From IMG/VR virus record IMGVR_UViG_3300010396_000037: a stretch of DNA of 64,000 nt; one strand, 5' to 3'. Each line of letters opens with the position of its first letter. Positions within the stretch are counted from its first letter, which is position 1. The stretch is from a virus. The notes beneath the pieces were generated by a model. That model was not told where the DNA came from. It worked only from the letters and a program-made list of their open reading frames with translations, and searched no databases. Shown here one piece after another: positions 9,301 to 20,032 of the stretch. A program made the translations under genes and the position numbers.

Positions 9301-9774
9301 AATTTATAGGTATGGGCCAGTAGATTCTTTTGTCTAAATCATCTGAAGCCATGCTTTCAGCATAGAGCAACTCTTTGTGTCTCCATGTTCTTAGACGTTT
9401 CCATGCTATGGTTAGATGACGTCTTTCATCATCCTTCATACGATGTTCAGGCACATGTTGTGACACTCGAGATAGGGAGCCATCTTCATAATTCCATTCA
9501 AGGTTGCAAATAACGCCAATAGATGTGGGGTCCTTCGCTATCCAATGATGAAATTTGGTGGCTTTCAATCAATCTTCTCCCAACGGAAACCTAGAAAGAC
9601 TTTCTGTAACCAGCGATTGAATCGGTTAGGCTCTTTATCTTGTACAATATTTATAGCAAACCCATCGACAATCCACACTCTGTAGGTGTATTTTGGGTTT
9701 CTGCACACTCTGACAAAAGCTTCTGAATCCTCAATAGGGAGTGCCCATGGATCTTCTTGTTTGTTCATTTTCAA
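9299..9774 (-). CDS. Two small hypothetical genes (9299-9568, 9565-9774)
   Basis: Coupled minus-strand ORFs ending at the hairpin. Confidence 0.55.
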
Positions 9775-9823
9775 CCTTTTCTACCAGAATCCCTAAATAG
9801 TATGACCGCAAGGAATTCAAATA

Positions 9824-10108
9824 ATGGCTCCTAGAAAATTCTTTCTGAAAGAAGATGACGTGGCTGTAAACAATGTTGGCTCTGGCCATATTGCTGGGGC
9901 ATACAGTGATCCGCCCATGTTTCCTGCAGCACGCAAGAAATACATTCAACAAAATGACGCGAAGAGTCTTTCGCATGGTATGGAAGATGCCTACCGTGTT
10001 GACGCCATTAAACATTCTCCTAAACACCATATGGAACATGCCAAACAGCTTTTAGACAGAATTAACGCGACATTGTTTCATGGAATATCTAGACACCCAG
10101 AGAAATAA
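9824..10108 (+). CDS. Late hypothetical protein (LKED..VNNVGSGHIAG), possible head-associated protein
   Basis: Late promoter CCTAAATA at 9792-9799; AAGGA RBS; N-terminal L-K-E motif. Confidence 0.55.
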   Translation: MAPRKFFLKEDDVAVNNVGSGHIAGAYSDPPMFPAARKKYIQQNDAKSLSHGMEDAYRVDAIKHSPKHHMEHAKQLLDRINATLFHGISRHPEK

Positions 10109-10109
10109 T

Positions 10110-10532
10110 ATGAAACTTCCATTTGGCATTGCATCATTCTTTTCAACGTTTTGGGTTAAGTTTGCTCTCATTTTAGCGATAATTGCAGGATTGTTATTTG
10201 GTGGCTACAAAGTCGGTTACATGGTGCGTGATAGGACTGCTCTCCAAGAACAGCAGAAGATAGCTCAAAAAGCAGTTGTTGATGCAAACAACTACAAAAA
10301 ACAAATTCAAGATCTACTAACAAAACAACATGGCCTATCATCAGAACTAGACCAAGCTTTGACGGAAAATCAAAAAGTGGTGACACAATATGTTACGAAA
10401 ACTCTCATTAAAACTATTCATGATAGTCCTGATGACTACAAGTGCCCTGTTCCTGCTTCAGGGATGTCAGTCCTCGCCAATCAGGCTACAGAACTCAACA
10501 ATATCCGCAGAGGATCTAGTAAAGTCCACTGA
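10110..10532 (+). CDS. Inner-membrane spanin (Rz-like)
   Basis: N-terminal TM plus coiled coil with a C-terminal Cys (YKCPVP); overlaps a lipoprotein gene. Confidence 0.7.
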   Translation: MKLPFGIASFFSTFWVKFALILAIIAGLLFGGYKVGYMVRDRTALQEQQKIAQKAVVDANNYKKQIQDLLTKQHGLSSELDQALTENQKVVTQYVTKTLIKTIHDSPDDYKCPVPASGMSVLANQATELNNIRRGSSKVH

Positions 10533-10749
10533 TCCACGTTTATTGGATAGATGTCCAGAGTTGCCAGTACCAGCTTCATCAGTGACTCCTACCTCAGAAT
10601 TGTTGCCTATGTATGGTTCTTTGCAAGGACAGTATAATTCCTGTGCTATAAAGGATGATTGCTTAATTGCCGTGATAACAGGGGAAACAATTTGTTTCCA
10701 ACCAGGAAAAGAAAATGGTCAAAGTGGTAACAGCTCAACAAAAAACTAG
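10390..10749 (+). CDS. Outer-membrane spanin (Rz1-like lipoprotein)
   Basis: Lipobox LLQG-C; Pro/Cys-rich mature part (RCPELP...YNSCA); overlaps the i-spanin in another frame. Confidence 0.7.
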   Translation: MLRKLSLKLFMIVLMTTSALFLLQGCQSSPIRLQNSTISAEDLVKSTDPRLLDRCPELPVPASSVTPTSELLPMYGSLQGQYNSCAIKDDCLIAVITGETICFQPGKENGQSGNSSTKN

Positions 10750-11380
10750 GAAAAAAGTTGTGAAAAAAGAAGACATAGCTGTTATATCTCTATCCAACCG
10801 CATGACCGGAATTGAAGTCACCACAGCGACGATAGCTGACGATGTTAAGCATCACCAAGAATCTATTGATAAGTTATCTGAAATCTCGGCTGGTATCAAA
10901 GAGATGCTGGCTGCTCAAGAGAACCGCATTCAAACACAAGAAAATTCAAGCACACTTCTTTATGATCTGGCTGAAAAGCGTCGTGAAGAATATTTGGCTA
11001 ATGCTGAAAAGGTAAATACCAAATTTGAAACTCTTGCTAAAGAGTTACATGGGGTCTTGGAAAAAGTGTCTGAAGAACGTCGCACAGATACAGCTTCTTT
11101 GGTCGAGAGCTTTCGTAGGGAGCTTTCACAGAACAGCAAAGAATTAGAAACATCTGTTGGTCGTGTAGAAAAAGAAGTGCAGAAGTTTGTGATGGAAGAA
11201 AGAGAAAATTCTAGACTTAGAAAGGAAGAAGCCAATAGCACTCACAAAGACTTAGATAAAAGAATAAAGGTACTTGAGCGTTCTAAATGGATTGGTATGG
11301 GCATCTTGCTTGTGATAGTTACACTGTTCAAATTCATCAACCTGTCTAGCATCATGTTGTTGTTGCAGCATATTCATTGA
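10715..11380 (+). CDS. Coiled-coil protein with C-terminal TM anchor
   Basis: Heptad-rich; RIKVLERSKWIGMGILLVI C-terminus. Confidence 0.65.
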   Translation: MVKVVTAQQKTRKKVVKKEDIAVISLSNRMTGIEVTTATIADDVKHHQESIDKLSEISAGIKEMLAAQENRIQTQENSSTLLYDLAEKRREEYLANAEKVNTKFETLAKELHGVLEKVSEERRTDTASLVESFRRELSQNSKELETSVGRVEKEVQKFVMEERENSRLRKEEANSTHKDLDKRIKVLERSKWIGMGILLVIVTLFKFINLSSIMLLLQHIH

Positions 11381-11410
11381 TTTTGAAAGCCTTCGGGCTA
11401 CAATAGTCAA

Positions 11411-12430
11411 ATGATATGGCTTGAATGCAAATATGCTAACCTTCTGGGTTCTCATCTTGCTCTGTTCAAACAGAGGAAGCATAATCCCTATCTAGCTACT
11501 TTCCGCTGTCCAATTTGTGGAGATAGTCAACATAACAAACTGAAGACCAGAGGCTACATCTTTCAGCATTCACAACATTTGTTTGTGTATTGCCATAATT
11601 GTAACTATTCTGCTTCTTTCCGCAAATTCCTGAAACACCAGAACACGTATCTCTATGATGAGTTTGCATTAGAGTTATTCAAAGAGAACGCACATGGTCA
11701 GCCTATCACTGAAGTAGAGGAAGTCTTTGCTACACCTGTCCCAGTTAAATCAAGAACAGTCGACAAGATGGGTCTATTTGATCTTGTTGTTCCTTCCATT
11801 ACATCTCCATCTCTAACACATTATCTGAAACAAAGGAAAATCCCTGAAAACAAATGGAAACATATCTTTTACACGGATGACTTCCCTCTGTTAGTTAAGA
11901 AAGTGTTTCCTGAGAAGTATATTTCAGAAACAAAACATCATCGCCTTGTGATACCATTCTATGATCCTTCTGGTAAGGAAGTGGTTGGTATTTGCGCTAG
12001 AACTTTACCAGATGCTGATCCAATGACGCACAAACGCTACTATTCAATCAGTCATCCTGGTTATCCAAAATTATGGAAACCAAATGATCTAGACTTGACA
12101 AAGACTGTGTATGTTACAGAAGGAGTCATGGATGGTTTCTTTCTGGACAATGCTGTATCAATGCTCGGTTCCAATATTGATACAGGCGTGTTAAGATCAA
12201 TGTTCAATGATTTTGTTATGATCTTTGATTGCGAACCCCGGAACAAGCAGATCGTTGAACAGATGGAAAGAAAAGTTAAAGAAGGTTGTAAGATAGTAGT
12301 TTGGAACAACAGAACAAAAGGTAAAGATCTAAACGAGATGGCGTTGAACAATTATTTTCCAGACTTGAAGAGTAGAACATTTTCTGGATTAGAAGCGCTA
12401 TTAAATATCACCGCATGGAAAAAGGTTTAA
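11411..12430 (+). CDS. gp61: DNA primase (T4 gp61 family)
   Basis: FRCPICGDS...CHNC zinc finger, RLVIPF, VYVTEGVMDG, DCEPRN, KDLNEM. Confidence 0.96.
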   Translation: MIWLECKYANLLGSHLALFKQRKHNPYLATFRCPICGDSQHNKLKTRGYIFQHSQHLFVYCHNCNYSASFRKFLKHQNTYLYDEFALELFKENAHGQPITEVEEVFATPVPVKSRTVDKMGLFDLVVPSITSPSLTHYLKQRKIPENKWKHIFYTDDFPLLVKKVFPEKYISETKHHRLVIPFYDPSGKEVVGICARTLPDADPMTHKRYYSISHPGYPKLWKPNDLDLTKTVYVTEGVMDGFFLDNAVSMLGSNIDTGVLRSMFNDFVMIFDCEPRNKQIVEQMERKVKEGCKIVVWNNRTKGKDLNEMALNNYFPDLKSRTFSGLEALLNITAWKKV

Positions 12431-12445
12431 CAAAGAAGGTCAATA

Positions 12446-14701
12446 ATGCTTGTTACTAAAAGAAATGGCGAAACTGAAACACTTGATTTGGAGAAAATGC
12501 ATAGAGTTGTGATAGAAGCATGCGAAGGAATTTCAGGAGTATCACCATCAGAAGTTGAAATTGCTTCTAATTTGAAGCTCTACAATAAGATCAAAACAGC
12601 AGACATTCAGGAAACATTGATAAAGTCAGCTGCGAACCTCATAAGCGAAGATGCACCCAACTATCAATATGTTGCTGGCAGACTAGTAAGTTATCATATC
12701 AGAAAGGAAGTATTCAATGGCGACCCTATCCCTGATATTTTGACGCACGTGAAGAAAGTTGTTGATCTTGGTTTTTATGATAAACAACTCTTAACCATGT
12801 ATGATGAAAATGAATGGTCACAAATGAATAAGTGGATTGATCATGGGAAAGATGATAAATTCACGTATGCTGCAATGGAAGTATGGAGAAGCAAATACTT
12901 AGTCAGAAACAGAATCAAGAATCAAATATTGGAGACTCCGCAGTTTGCTTACAAGTTGATTGCAGCGTTTTTCTTCCACAGGTATCCCAAAGAAACAAGG
13001 ATGCAATGGGTTAAACGCTTCTATGATGGATTGTCAAATTTCGTCATAGCACTTCCAACTCCTATTCTTGCAGGTGTTAGGACCACCAATCGCCAATTTT
13101 CATCCTGCACATTGATTGACGCAGATGATTCATTGGATTCTATCTTTGCTGTGGCGCAAGCTGTTGGGTTGTATGTGGCTAATCGTGCTGGTATTGGCAT
13201 CAATGGTGGGCGGATCAGAGCAATTGGTTCTAAGATCAGGAATGGTGAAGCCTACTCAACAGGTGTTATTCCATTCTATAGAGTTTGGGAGTCAGCCATA
13301 CGTTCTTGCCATCAAGGTGGACTGCGTTCAGGTAGTGGTACATTATATGCGCCATTCTGGCATTATGAGATTGAAGATATTCTTGTCTTGAAGAACAACA
13401 AAGGAACGGATGATAACAGACTGCGGCATGTTGATTGGACCATTCAATTCAACAAATTGGCATATGAGAGACTGATCAATGGATCATTCATCACATTGTT
13501 TGATCCGAATGATGTTCCTGATCTTTACGAGGCATTCTTCCGTGATGAGAATGAATTCAAACAGCTTTATGAAGCTGCTGAGCGAAAGACGTCTATCCGC
13601 AAGAAGAAAATTCCCGCACTAGAATTGTTTTCCAAATTCGTTCAGGAACGCAAAGGTACTGGTCGTGTGTATCTCATGAATGTTGATCATGCTAACAAGC
13701 ATGGTGCTTTCAAACCAGAGGTTGCTCCAGTCAAGATGAGCAATCTGTGTACTGAAATTTTACTACCAACCAAGCCCCTTCATAAGATAGATGATCCTGA
13801 AGCTGAGATTGCATTGTGTATTCTTGGTTCCGTGAATTTGGCTGCTATTAAATGCCCTGAAGACTTCAAAGAGCCTTGTGAGTTATTGGTTAGGGCATTG
13901 GATGAGTTGATTGACTTCCAAACCTATCCGGTCAAAGCTGCTGAAAGATCAGCAACCAAACGTCGTACACTTGGAATTGGTATCAACAACTTGGCTTACT
14001 GGTTGGCCAAAAATGATTTGACTTACCAAGGTATCACGACTGAAGGATTGATGAAAGTTGATGAATTGATGGAAGCATTCAACTACCATCTTGTAAAGAC
14101 TTCCGCTGATCTCGCACTTGAGAAAGGCCCATGTGAGTTCTGGAAAGATACGAAATATTCAAAGGGATTGGTTGCGCTTGATACTTATAAAAAGGACGTC
14201 GACACCTTGGTTAGACGCAATCCTAACTACAACTGGGATGAATTGAGGGAACAACTCAAGAAAACAGGTATCAGAAATTCCACTTTAGCTGCTATTATGC
14301 CGAGTGAGACAAACAGTCTGTTGATCAATGCTACCAATGGCGTTGAACCACCACGTGCTTTGGTTTCAATCAAACAGTCCAAAGATGGTGTTGTTTCTCA
14401 AGTTGTTCCTGAAATTTACCGTCTGAAGAACAAATATGACTTGCTCTGGGAACAGAAGTCTCCAGAGGGATATCTCAAGATCATGGCTGTATTGGAAAAA
14501 TGGATTGATCAAGCTATTTCAGTGAATACCAGCTATAATCCAATATACTATCCAAACAACGAAATCCCCATGTCGGAGATGTTGAATCATATCTTGTTCT
14601 GTTACAAGATGGGCATACCCACCCTGTACTATTGTAACACATATGATGGTGCTGGTGAGGTTGAAATTTCACAAACGGAGTGCGAATCATGCAAACTATG
14701 A
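12446..14701 (+). CDS. nrdA: Ribonucleotide reductase class Ia alpha subunit
   Basis: ATP cone (VTKRNG), PTPILAGVRT, QFSSC, SNLCTE, C-terminal CESCKL. Confidence 0.98.
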   Translation: MLVTKRNGETETLDLEKMHRVVIEACEGISGVSPSEVEIASNLKLYNKIKTADIQETLIKSAANLISEDAPNYQYVAGRLVSYHIRKEVFNGDPIPDILTHVKKVVDLGFYDKQLLTMYDENEWSQMNKWIDHGKDDKFTYAAMEVWRSKYLVRNRIKNQILETPQFAYKLIAAFFFHRYPKETRMQWVKRFYDGLSNFVIALPTPILAGVRTTNRQFSSCTLIDADDSLDSIFAVAQAVGLYVANRAGIGINGGRIRAIGSKIRNGEAYSTGVIPFYRVWESAIRSCHQGGLRSGSGTLYAPFWHYEIEDILVLKNNKGTDDNRLRHVDWTIQFNKLAYERLINGSFITLFDPNDVPDLYEAFFRDENEFKQLYEAAERKTSIRKKKIPALELFSKFVQERKGTGRVYLMNVDHANKHGAFKPEVAPVKMSNLCTEILLPTKPLHKIDDPEAEIALCILGSVNLAAIKCPEDFKEPCELLVRALDELIDFQTYPVKAAERSATKRRTLGIGINNLAYWLAKNDLTYQGITTEGLMKVDELMEAFNYHLVKTSADLALEKGPCEFWKDTKYSKGLVALDTYKKDVDTLVRRNPNYNWDELREQLKKTGIRNSTLAAIMPSETNSLLINATNGVEPPRALVSIKQSKDGVVSQVVPEIYRLKNKYDLLWEQKSPEGYLKIMAVLEKWIDQAISVNTSYNPIYYPNNEIPMSEMLNHILFCYKMGIPTLYYCNTYDGAGEVEISQTECESCKL

Positions 14702-14965
14702 AGAAGTTGACTGATAAGCAAATTATTGAATTTGCTATGAAATTTTGTGATGAAGGTTGCCGTTCCATTGTGGAATGTGGCTGTGTAGCAGAAGTCAGAC
14801 CTCGTGCCAAAGCACTTTATCAGTATAATTCAAAGGATGTGGATAAGTTCATGATCAAAGACGTGAAGTCCGCTCTTCTGTATTTGCGTTCAAGAGCTCC
14901 TGATCTGCTTCCTTTCGTCATGACTGAAAAGGAAGGATGGATTTGGTTCGATCCAAGGAAATAAA

Positions 14966-15205
14966 ATGCCAACATATCAATTTGAAAATATACAAACAGG
15001 TGAAGTTCAAGAATTTCACATGAAGATCAGTGAGTTAGATGAATTTAAAGCTAACAATCTTCAACTGAAACAAGTCCATCTGACTCCTTTCGAGATAGGT
15101 GACACCATACGTATGGGTATCAAGAAGCCTGATCAAAGTTTCCGAGAACTTTTGAAACACATTCACGGTAAAGTTGGTGGAAATCATCGCTATCATCATA
15201 ATTAA
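14966..15205 (+). CDS. FmdB-like small regulatory protein
   Basis: MPTYQF...TGE.....KISELDEF...KPD..FRE.L, typical of T4-like phages upstream of phoH. Confidence 0.7.
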   Translation: MPTYQFENIQTGEVQEFHMKISELDEFKANNLQLKQVHLTPFEIGDTIRMGIKKPDQSFRELLKHIHGKVGGNHRYHHN

Positions 15206-15633
15206 GGTGAATCATGACGCCATATACAGAAGCGAAATGGGTTGAGTGGATAGAGCCCGTCAACCAGAAAAGCGATCCCGTGTATTGCAGAGTACGCCCA
15301 GAAGTGGCAATCCAATGTTCTAAAGAAGCAGCTGCCAAGTCTGGGCATGTTTTCTATACCAATGATCAGGACGCTTTCGAGGATTTTGTTGTAGTACATT
15401 GGGGTTACATTGTGCCAAAACCAGCGCCACTGGAAACTGATCAAGAAACTAAATAAACCCATATCTATCAAACAAAGGAGAACAGCCATGGGGAATGAAG
15501 ATGGCTCTACTATTCATATTTCTGTTCTTACTTTTCATCATCTTGGCAATCAAGATTGATAGAAACGCGCAAGCCAAAGCTCGCAAAAAGAAGAAAATAA
15601 TTCCCACTTGTCCACCCAATAGGCCCATTATTA

Positions 15634-16320
15634 ATGAGCAAGCCAAAAAAGAAGAGTGCAGCACAAAAGAACAATCTCTTTGGTCTGGAAGTAAAAACAA
15701 TAACGCTCAAAACACAAAATCAACGGGAAGCAGCTATTCACTGGGAACAAGGCAATCATGTGTTGATGACAGGATTTGCGGGAACAGGTAAAACTTTCCT
15801 TGCTCTGTCTTTTGCTCTGCACGCTTTGGAACGTAAAGAGCAGAACAAGATTGTAATTGTAAGATCAGCTGTACAGACTCGTGATATAGGTTTCATGCCT
15901 GGCAACTTATCTGAAAAAGCAGCTCTGTACCAGACTCCCTACCAAGACATTGTGAATGATCTTTGTCGTAGGGATGATGCCTATGGCATTTTGGCAGGAC
16001 ATGGTTCCATTGAATTTCTGACGACCAGTTTTGTTCGTGGACTGACTATCGACAATGCTGTAGTGATAGTAGATGAAATACAAAACATGACGGAGAAAGA
16101 ATTTGAATCTGTGATTACACGTGTTGGCGAAAATTCTAGACTAATATTTTGCGGGGATGATAGGCAATCAGACTTATCAAACCTGATTGCGTCAGGTTAC
16201 AACGATTCAGTCAAGATCCTTTCTCAAATGAACGAGATAGGTCATGTATCATTTAATGCGCAAGATATTGTGCGTTCTGATTTCGTGAAACAATACTTGT
16301 TGTTGAAATATGCTTCTTGA
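15634..16320 (+). CDS. phoH: PhoH-like ATPase
   Basis: GFAGTGKT, RDIGFMPG, RGLTID..VIVDEIQN, TRVGE, GDDRQSDL, DIVRS. Confidence 0.95.
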   Translation: MSKPKKKSAAQKNNLFGLEVKTITLKTQNQREAAIHWEQGNHVLMTGFAGTGKTFLALSFALHALERKEQNKIVIVRSAVQTRDIGFMPGNLSEKAALYQTPYQDIVNDLCRRDDAYGILAGHGSIEFLTTSFVRGLTIDNAVVIVDEIQNMTEKEFESVITRVGENSRLIFCGDDRQSDLSNLIASGYNDSVKILSQMNEIGHVSFNAQDIVRSDFVKQYLLLKYAS

Positions 16321-16978
16321 ATTAGAACCACCGCAGGATCAGATCACCCGCATAGATGACGCCATTTATCCTTGCAGAGTCTATGGGCGTGCAGGAAGGA
16401 TCTACCCATCTGTAACTTCAGTTCTGTCTGTTCTAGATGATATGAATTGGTATGAGGATTGGGTTGGAAGAGTCGGACAACAAAAAGCAGATGCTATCAC
16501 GAGAGTTGCTGGAGATAGAGGATCCGCAGTTCACATGGCATGCCAGGAGTTCATTTGCGGATGGAATTACACACGTTTGATGCCGGATGATCAATACAGA
16601 TTCAATCTGATCAAACAAGAGCTCATGGAGTTGCAGAGAATTCGAGCAGTAGAGCACAAACTGGTATGTGAGGAATACCAGGTTGCTGGCACAGCTGATC
16701 TCATCGCATACCATGATGGTGCTCTAACCGTGATTGATTATAAGACTTCTAACAGGGAGAAACAAGAAGAGGCGTTCAAGAGTTTCTGGTTTCAGACTGC
16801 TTTTTATGCAACTGCTTGGAACGAGACTCATCCTGAAGAACCTGTTGAAAAGCTTGGGATTATTCCAATTAATGATATAGATATGTTCTGTAAGCCAAGA
16901 TTCTTACCACTTTCCAGCATACAAGGCAATGATCTACGCCGAATCCGTTCTGAATTCAGGACTCAATTTAACATGTGA
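16310..16978 (+). CDS. PD-(D/E)XK exonuclease (Cas4/exoA-like)
   Basis: YPSVTSVL, RGSAVH, AGTADLI, IDYKTS, Q.AFYA. Confidence 0.88.
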   Translation: MLLELEPPQDQITRIDDAIYPCRVYGRAGRIYPSVTSVLSVLDDMNWYEDWVGRVGQQKADAITRVAGDRGSAVHMACQEFICGWNYTRLMPDDQYRFNLIKQELMELQRIRAVEHKLVCEEYQVAGTADLIAYHDGALTVIDYKTSNREKQEEAFKSFWFQTAFYATAWNETHPEEPVEKLGIIPINDIDMFCKPRFLPLSSIQGNDLRRIRSEFRTQFNM

Positions 16979-17016
16979 TCTCCCTAAATATAGGCTGACA
17001 GTCTGGGAGTCAGTCC

Positions 17017-17532
17017 ATGCGCTTAGCAGTTTATGGGGGTTCTACATGGCAGAAGAAACACTCCAAAAGCTTTGCTCGTTGGTATGCCCGCAACTACATA
17101 CCTAAACACATTCATTCTAAGCTTAGTGTAAGTGTGTGTTTGTATGACTCACAGAAGTCCTGGGAAAGCATAGCTTCTGATAAGAAAGACTTAGGATACT
17201 GTGAGTACATAGAAGAAGATAGATTGTTGGGAAGTGAACATTGCAAGATCACTTTATATTCTCCACGCAACCTATTATACTACAAATTCCTGATTCGCCT
17301 AGCGCATGAATTTGTTCATGTAAAACAATATGTTACGCATGAATTGAAAGATTGTTCAAACGGCACGAACTTCAAGAAGCAGAAATTTCAAGAAGATTCT
17401 ATTCTGTACTGGAATCAACCATGGGAAGTTGAAGCCATGGGTTTTGAATACGGTTTAGTTAAGCTATACACCGAACAAGCCAAAATTAAGCAAGAGGTAT
17501 TTACAACCAAAGTAAAACGCATCATCTGCTAA
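17017..17532 (+). CDS. Putative zinc metallopeptidase (HExxH)
   Basis: LAHEFVHVKQY...YWNQPWEVEA; late promoter CCTAAATA at 16983-16990. Confidence 0.75.
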   Translation: MRLAVYGGSTWQKKHSKSFARWYARNYIPKHIHSKLSVSVCLYDSQKSWESIASDKKDLGYCEYIEEDRLLGSEHCKITLYSPRNLLYYKFLIRLAHEFVHVKQYVTHELKDCSNGTNFKKQKFQEDSILYWNQPWEVEAMGFEYGLVKLYTEQAKIKQEVFTTKVKRIIC

Positions 17533-17545
17533 AGGAACCACTATC

Positions 17546-18094
17546 ATGAAAGCCCATCTATGTATTTTATTCTACATCCTTGGCTGCATTCTCCTGGCGG
17601 CTACTATGACAGCACCTCCTGTCAAGACGCAAGTTTATTCTATCGCAATTCCCAGTATAAAGCCACAATTCGTCAGTGCTCAACTCAACAATTCGGATGA
17701 GATCAATTGTTTAGCACAAGCTATCTATCACGAAGGACGTGGGGAGAGTGCCAAAACTCAAGTTATGATTGCTGAAGTAACCATGAACAGAGCAAAGAAC
17801 GCTTCAACCATGTTTCCTTACTCTATTTGTGGGGTGATACATCAGCGTCGATCAAAAGATGTTTGCCAATACAGTTGGATGTGTGATAAGCATCCAATCA
17901 AAGAAGAAGTCGCTTGGGTTCGGTCCAGAGTATTGGCGCAGTGGTTGTACAAACATTATTATCTAAGGAAAGACATTCCTGACTTGACACAAGGGTCATT
18001 GTATTTTACTACCATTAGAACTCACAGAAATTGGATGGAGTCTATGGATAGGAAAGTTGAATCTGATCACATGAAGTTTCTAGCAGATAATTAG
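17546..18094 (+). CDS. Cell wall hydrolase, SleB/Hydrolase_2 family
   Basis: CLAQAIYHEGRGE, VTMNR, FPYSICGVIHQ, CQYSW, DLTQGSLYF; N-terminal signal/TM. Confidence 0.9.
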   Translation: MKAHLCILFYILGCILLAATMTAPPVKTQVYSIAIPSIKPQFVSAQLNNSDEINCLAQAIYHEGRGESAKTQVMIAEVTMNRAKNASTMFPYSICGVIHQRRSKDVCQYSWMCDKHPIKEEVAWVRSRVLAQWLYKHYYLRKDIPDLTQGSLYFTTIRTHRNWMESMDRKVESDHMKFLADN

Positions 18095-18301
18095 GCGTAT
18101 CTATATGATTATGAATAAATTTAAGTTTAAATGGATGGCGATATCCACGCTGTTGTTACTTTTTTCAATAGCAATTGCTATTTACAGTGTAATGACTATT
18201 CAGCAACCTGCTCCAATTGTTACGATGTTGGCAGGTTTCAATGTTGGATTTAGTCTTTTGTTCTGTCATCAAACGTTCACCGATAATTGATTCGTTGCCA
18301 T

Positions 18302-18342
18302 TTAGACTAGATTAAGTTCTCTTGTAGAAACCAAGGTATAAT
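18302..18342 (+). promoter_or_regulatory. Phage early/middle-type promoter (degenerate TTAAC-N4-GTTAA, 21 nt, TATAAT)
   Basis: Member of the repeated promoter family. Confidence 0.6.
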
Positions 18343-18381
18343 TACCTCTGGTTGGAATTGTTCTATCTACTGGAGCAAACC

Positions 18382-18834
18382 ATGAAGCTAAGTCAACCGT
18401 TCGGCAAGAACAAGTTCTGTGGGCCGACAGCACTTTCTGTGCTCTCAGGTAAGTCGACTGATGAGTGTGCACTACTAGCCTCTGATAATGGCAGACCTCT
18501 GAAAGCAATGCTCGTCAAGCAGATGGTGGTATCACTGAACAAGCTCGGTATCAAGTTCAAGTGGCAACGCACCCATGATACTAAGTATTATACCAAATTC
18601 AACCGCAGACATCCTTATCCAACATTGAAGATGTGGATGGACACTTGCAGAAAGCCATCTGAAATGGATGAAGTTTTCTTGGTCACTCTGACTAGCCATT
18701 TCATCATAGTTAAGGGAGATCAAGTGATCTGCTCTCAAACAGATAGGCAATGGGTGCCTTTTTCTAAGTATCATAAAAAGGCATCACACGTGCACAATTT
18801 CTTCAAAATCCTCAGTGAAGCGGAATCAATCTAA
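18382..18834 (+). CDS. Hypothetical protein (FCGPTALS...HF; possible C39-like peptidase fold)
   Basis: GGAG RBS; Cys/His motif spacing. Confidence 0.5.
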   Translation: MKLSQPFGKNKFCGPTALSVLSGKSTDECALLASDNGRPLKAMLVKQMVVSLNKLGIKFKWQRTHDTKYYTKFNRRHPYPTLKMWMDTCRKPSEMDEVFLVTLTSHFIIVKGDQVICSQTDRQWVPFSKYHKKASHVHNFFKILSEAESI

Positions 18835-19682
18835 TGTTAACTCCTTGGAAATATAAATCTGGTGTCGAGTTGACTTTTCAACGTTCTTTCGAGGAAGTTT
18901 CATCTTTTCAAAGATGGTCAGAAAGACAATATTTTGGTAGAAGAAATTGTTTACACGCGGATTGTCTTCGTATGAGTCGTGCCGTGCCCAAAGAATTGGT
19001 TTGGAGTGTCACGACTGATCCTGACTGTGTTGAAGTGCCAACCAGGATTTTAGTTTCCTGGAGTGATGCTGAACAAGTTATCAATACTATCTTGGAACAT
19101 GCAAAGAAAAAGAAACTGATTGCTAAAAACAAAGGACTATCTACTGGTGGGGGTGGACATGTACATGTTTCTGGCATGAATGACTTAACCAAGTGTGCTG
19201 TTGTAAGGGATATGCAAAACAGGCCATATGTTCCGTGGTTTTTTGCTGATCCAGATACAACTTCTCAATGCAATTCTGTACATTCAGAGGGTTTTGGATT
19301 GCTATCAGCAGGTTGGAAAACAATTCGTAACGATCCACGTGATTATATTTGGAATGGTAAATTCACACATGTACATATTCATACTCAGGGAACTCTTGAA
19401 TTTCGATTTTTTGATTGTTTTATGGAATATGAACGGTATGAAGAGAGTCTTGCATTTGCGCAGGCTTACGTTAAATGGATTGCTGATAGTTTGATAAGAA
19501 ACAAGAGGTTTAATGTCTTGATCAAAAACAGGAGTGGATTGCTCGCACACTATAATGATTATGTGCGTTGTTTGGAAGAATTTCAAAAACTGATTGAAAC
19601 AATCGGTTTACCATGGGCTCGCTACAAAAGATATATTGATAATCTTGATCAGAGATTTGAAGACATAAATTTGTTGCGGTAA
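18834..19682 (+). CDS. Putative amidoligase / COOH-NH2 ligase-like protein
   Basis: GVELT, D..CVEVPT, GGHVHVS and TLEFRFF motifs. Confidence 0.6.
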   Translation: MLTPWKYKSGVELTFQRSFEEVSSFQRWSERQYFGRRNCLHADCLRMSRAVPKELVWSVTTDPDCVEVPTRILVSWSDAEQVINTILEHAKKKKLIAKNKGLSTGGGGHVHVSGMNDLTKCAVVRDMQNRPYVPWFFADPDTTSQCNSVHSEGFGLLSAGWKTIRNDPRDYIWNGKFTHVHIHTQGTLEFRFFDCFMEYERYEESLAFAQAYVKWIADSLIRNKRFNVLIKNRSGLLAHYNDYVRCLEEFQKLIETIGLPWARYKRYIDNLDQRFEDINLLR

Positions 19683-19735
19683 TTTTTGAGTGGTATGGTA
19701 TATAATAGCGTGGGTGTTTTTATGAGGAATGGTGA

Positions 19736-20032
19736 ATGAACAAATTGCTGAAGGCGGTTGAGACTTATAAGAGAATGGAAAAAAAAGAAGGAACTGTTCC
19801 ATATCGTGAATTTCGATCACTCGTCATTGAGGAAATGAGAAAAGATCTTGAAATCCCCAACGCCAAATATGGCACCATGGGATGTTATTATGGATGGGCA
19901 AGGAATATTGCAACGAAGCGAAAAGTCAATTTCTATCACAGGTTGGAATCAACCGTGAACAAAACATCTGAACAACGTCATCAAGAACATGAACAGGAGA
20001 CTGCTATCAACGCAGCATTTGCATCATGGTGA
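19736..20032 (+). CDS. Hypothetical protein
   Basis: ORF with upstream TATAAT and GAGG. Confidence 0.55.
   Translation: MNKLLKAVETYKRMEKKEGTVPYREFRSLVIEEMRKDLEIPNAKYGTMGCYYGWARNIATKRKVNFYHRLESTVNKTSEQRHQEHEQETAINAAFASW

Noticed and set aside
14701-14964. Missing nrdB after nrdA as a novel RNR arrangement
   Set aside because: nrdB may simply lie outside this window
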